A stretch of 64,000 bases of DNA from Raillietiella orientalis. Lineage: Eukaryota. This document shows positions 61,501 to 64,000 of this stretch, piece by piece. Position 1 is the first letter of the stretch. Every line of letters begins with the position of its first letter. The notes under the pieces were generated by a model. That model worked only from the letters and a program-made list of their open reading frames with translations, had not been told where the DNA came from and did not search any database. The stretch spans positions 3,968,001-4,032,000 of the forward strand of contig JAYWIR010000008.1 in assembly GCA_036172245.1 (NCBI GenBank). The letters run 5' to 3'. The position numbers and the translations under genes were made by a program.

Positions 61501-62864
61501 TTTCCTGATGAAGGCAAAATGAAAATGGAGGGAGGGGGGGGGGAAGCCATGGCAAAACCAAAGGACAATGGAAAAGGGAAGTTAGTATTAGGGATGAAAG
61601 GAAGTAGGGGAGCAGTAGGGATGGAGGAGAGTGCAAGCAGAGCAGTGAGCTCGTGGTGAGCCCGTGGTGAGGTGCCGCGCCGGAAGGAAAGGGCGGACGG
61701 TCTCCTCGTGGCGGAGGAGCAGCAGAGGCCAAGGATCCGTCCTGCTGGAGGCCGAGGTTGCCAGCTGCAGGGACGCCGCCCTCCTCTAGGGGCTGTCCCT
61801 TCCGAGCGTCTAAAGAGCACCGGCGCGCCGGGGTTCTCGGACCGCAGCTCCCTGGTCTCGTCCGCCCGAAGGGAAAGGGGTCACCCCCGCGAAGGAGGGA
61901 GAGGGAGAGCTGCTCCTCGACTCGCACTGGGAGGAAGGAGCGAGGAACACGGGGCGCTGGAAAGCCACCGACGGACTCTTGGCGTGTAAAGAGGAGCTGG
62001 TCGGAGGAGAATGGGGGGGAGGACGAGCGTGGACAAGGATTTCCGAGGAAAGAGGCACAGCTTCCCCGTTCGTGATCCCCGCAGAGGTCGCCTCCGCATC
62101 CAGGCAGGGAGGGTTGCGCCGAGTAGACGAGCCCGCGGAGTTGGGTGCAGATGAAGCATCGAGGAGGAGACCTCCGCAGCCCTGCGTCGGCTGCCGCGGT
62201 CCGCAAGGATGACTCCGCGGCCAGCAACGCCAGGCAGACAGACCTTTCCGTTTAAGGAAGAACCCTTCTTCCTGGTGGTCACTGCCTCCAGGAGGCTCCC
62301 TGCTCTTTATTCTGCGCTCTGCCGAAGAAGAGACCGTTCTCCCTCTTGCCGATCGCTTGCTCCTCCTCCCCGTCCCCAACATCCCTCCGAGTCCCTCCTG
62401 GACGGAGCCAGACGAAGGTGGACGGCACCCCCTGACCCTTCTCTTCCTCGATCCCAGAGAGGAGCAAAGGCTGGATGGAGCAGGGCGAGATCCAGGAGCA
62501 GGAGGACCAGGGTATTCCTTCACTGTGCCCCAGCTGGCGAGAAGCAGCGTGGAAGCGACCTCATCCTCCTATCTGACCTGACTTGACCCGCAGAGAGCAA
62601 GCGAAGGAGCTGCGTTGCACAAGCGATCCTGGCTTGCAGGACCCTCAGGATGAGGAGGTCTGGGGGTCAAGGACCGCCGACTAGCAGGTCGCTGCAGAGA
62701 AAGTCCTTCCGTAACGTAGCCGTTGCCATGGAGGCGAAAACTCCTTGCGTGGTGAGCGCAGAGCGCCTGGGGCTGCGAGAAACGGAGGAGGGGCAGCAGC
62801 CATGGCTGCAGCTACTCCACAGGGGGAACGCGAAAACTGAAAATGTTCGAGAGCCTGCCTTGTT

Positions 62865-62883
62865 GGGGGGGGGGGGGGGGGGG
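62865..62883 (+). repeat. G19 homopolymer
   Basis: 19 consecutive G. Confidence 0.9.
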
Positions 62884-63679
62884 AAGGGGCGTTCTTCGCC
62901 AGGAGCTGTTTGTGAGGACTGGCTCCAGGAAAGTCTAGCGGGCAGATCCGAGAACGCGAGACTCGAAAGAGCTGTCCTCATCCCACCCACCCACCTCCGA
63001 AGTGAACCCCATGGGATGTCCAACTGTTCGACCCTTCGGGACCGACGTCGGAGGAACTGAACATCCCTGACGGGGGGAGCCACTCGTTTCGCCCGCCCAT
63101 CCATCACCGCGGGGACGCACTCGGCGCTGGGCGAAGAGGAGGATCCGCTGCCGACGCAGAGAGGAGGGCCGAGTTCGATCCGGGCAGCTGTCTATCGCCT
63201 ACCGCCTGCTGCTGCTGGCTACGGCCCCGCCGCTCGGAGCATCCTCTCTTTGGCGGCGTTCCTCCAATCAGGTCGAGACGCTGCTGCTGCTGAGACGGCT
63301 GAGACGGTAGACCAAGCGCTGCCTTCCCTCCCCCATCCGCCTTCTTCCGGCCAAACCAGAGGGCCTCCCACTCGGAAACTCCTCGTTGGCAGCACCTTGT
63401 AGCCCACGAGGCGCGCGTCCTCGCCACGTTCTGTTGTAGCGGCGTGAGGCGTCCCGAGGACAGGAAGGAGAAAGTCCTGGGAAGCGTTCCCTCTGCGGAT
63501 GGGAATGGCGGCTTCAAAGGATCAGTTCCTCCCTCCCTCCTAGCGGAAAGAGGAGGAATCAGGCTTCGCAGATCTTGTCGGGAATAATCTGATCTCCGGA
63601 CTGACGTCATCTGAATGGAAGAAAAATCCATGATGGCGCGGAGGGCACCTTGACCTTGCTCTTTCTCCTCCTCGATCAG

Positions 63680-63975
63680 GACGACGACATGACCATGGTC
63701 ACAGACACCGTCACATTTTCGTCGGCGTGGTCGCCGGCATCTTCGCCGTCACTGTGATCGCTGGTGAGCGTCGCCCTGATCACGAGACCACCACCATCGT
63801 CGTCAGCGTTGTCCACGACCCACGTCATCATGAGGATAAGCAGTATCCCTGTCGTCATCTTCACTGCCGCAGCATCCCCTCCCCCCTCGTCCTTACCCTC
63901 TACTCCGTGGTCGTCCTCACCACGAGCGTCTCCACCTCCTCTTCCTCCCGTTTTCCTCCTCCTCCTCCTCCTCCA
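63680..63975. repeat. Decayed (CAT/CGT/CAC)n trinucleotide tract grading into (CCT)n
   Basis: gacgacgacat...caccaccatcgtcgtca...cgtcatcat...cctcctcctc. Confidence 0.7.
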
Positions 63976-64000
63976 CGAGGGACCCCCGCCGACGGGCGCC

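Noticed and set aside
61226..62227. 333-aa ORF with a hydrophobic Phe/Leu-rich tail (membrane protein)
   Set aside because: It is a translation of the A-rich low-complexity tract.

Overview
This is eukaryotic, GC-rich (roughly 60% by eye), repeat-dominated DNA. It is probably from an invertebrate animal, inferred from the TE mix and decayed microsatellites. I find no intact host gene, rRNA, bona fide tRNA gene, CRISPR array or prokaryotic feature, and most ORF-track entries look like GC-rich spurious ORFs. The window is a graveyard of non-LTR retrotransposons. (i) Five 3' fragments of one L1/Tx1-like LINE family; three share a clear conserved 3' terminal motif without a poly(A) tail, and a fourth matches it loosely. 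(ii) One well-preserved APE endonuclease fragment. (iii) Many heavily decayed RTE- and CR1/L2-like RT/EN relics. (iv) A decayed PHD + SGNH-esterase-like ORF1. (v) Six copies of a ~650-750 bp tRNA-headed SINE-like element with an internal minisatellite; one copy is split by a LINE insertion flanked by a 6-bp TSD. Two recent DNA-level duplications stand out: a 1,005-bp direct duplication (31-1035 / 39655-40659) and a 690-bp inverted duplication (15963-16652 / 17747-18436). All protein-motif calls were made by eye, not by search.
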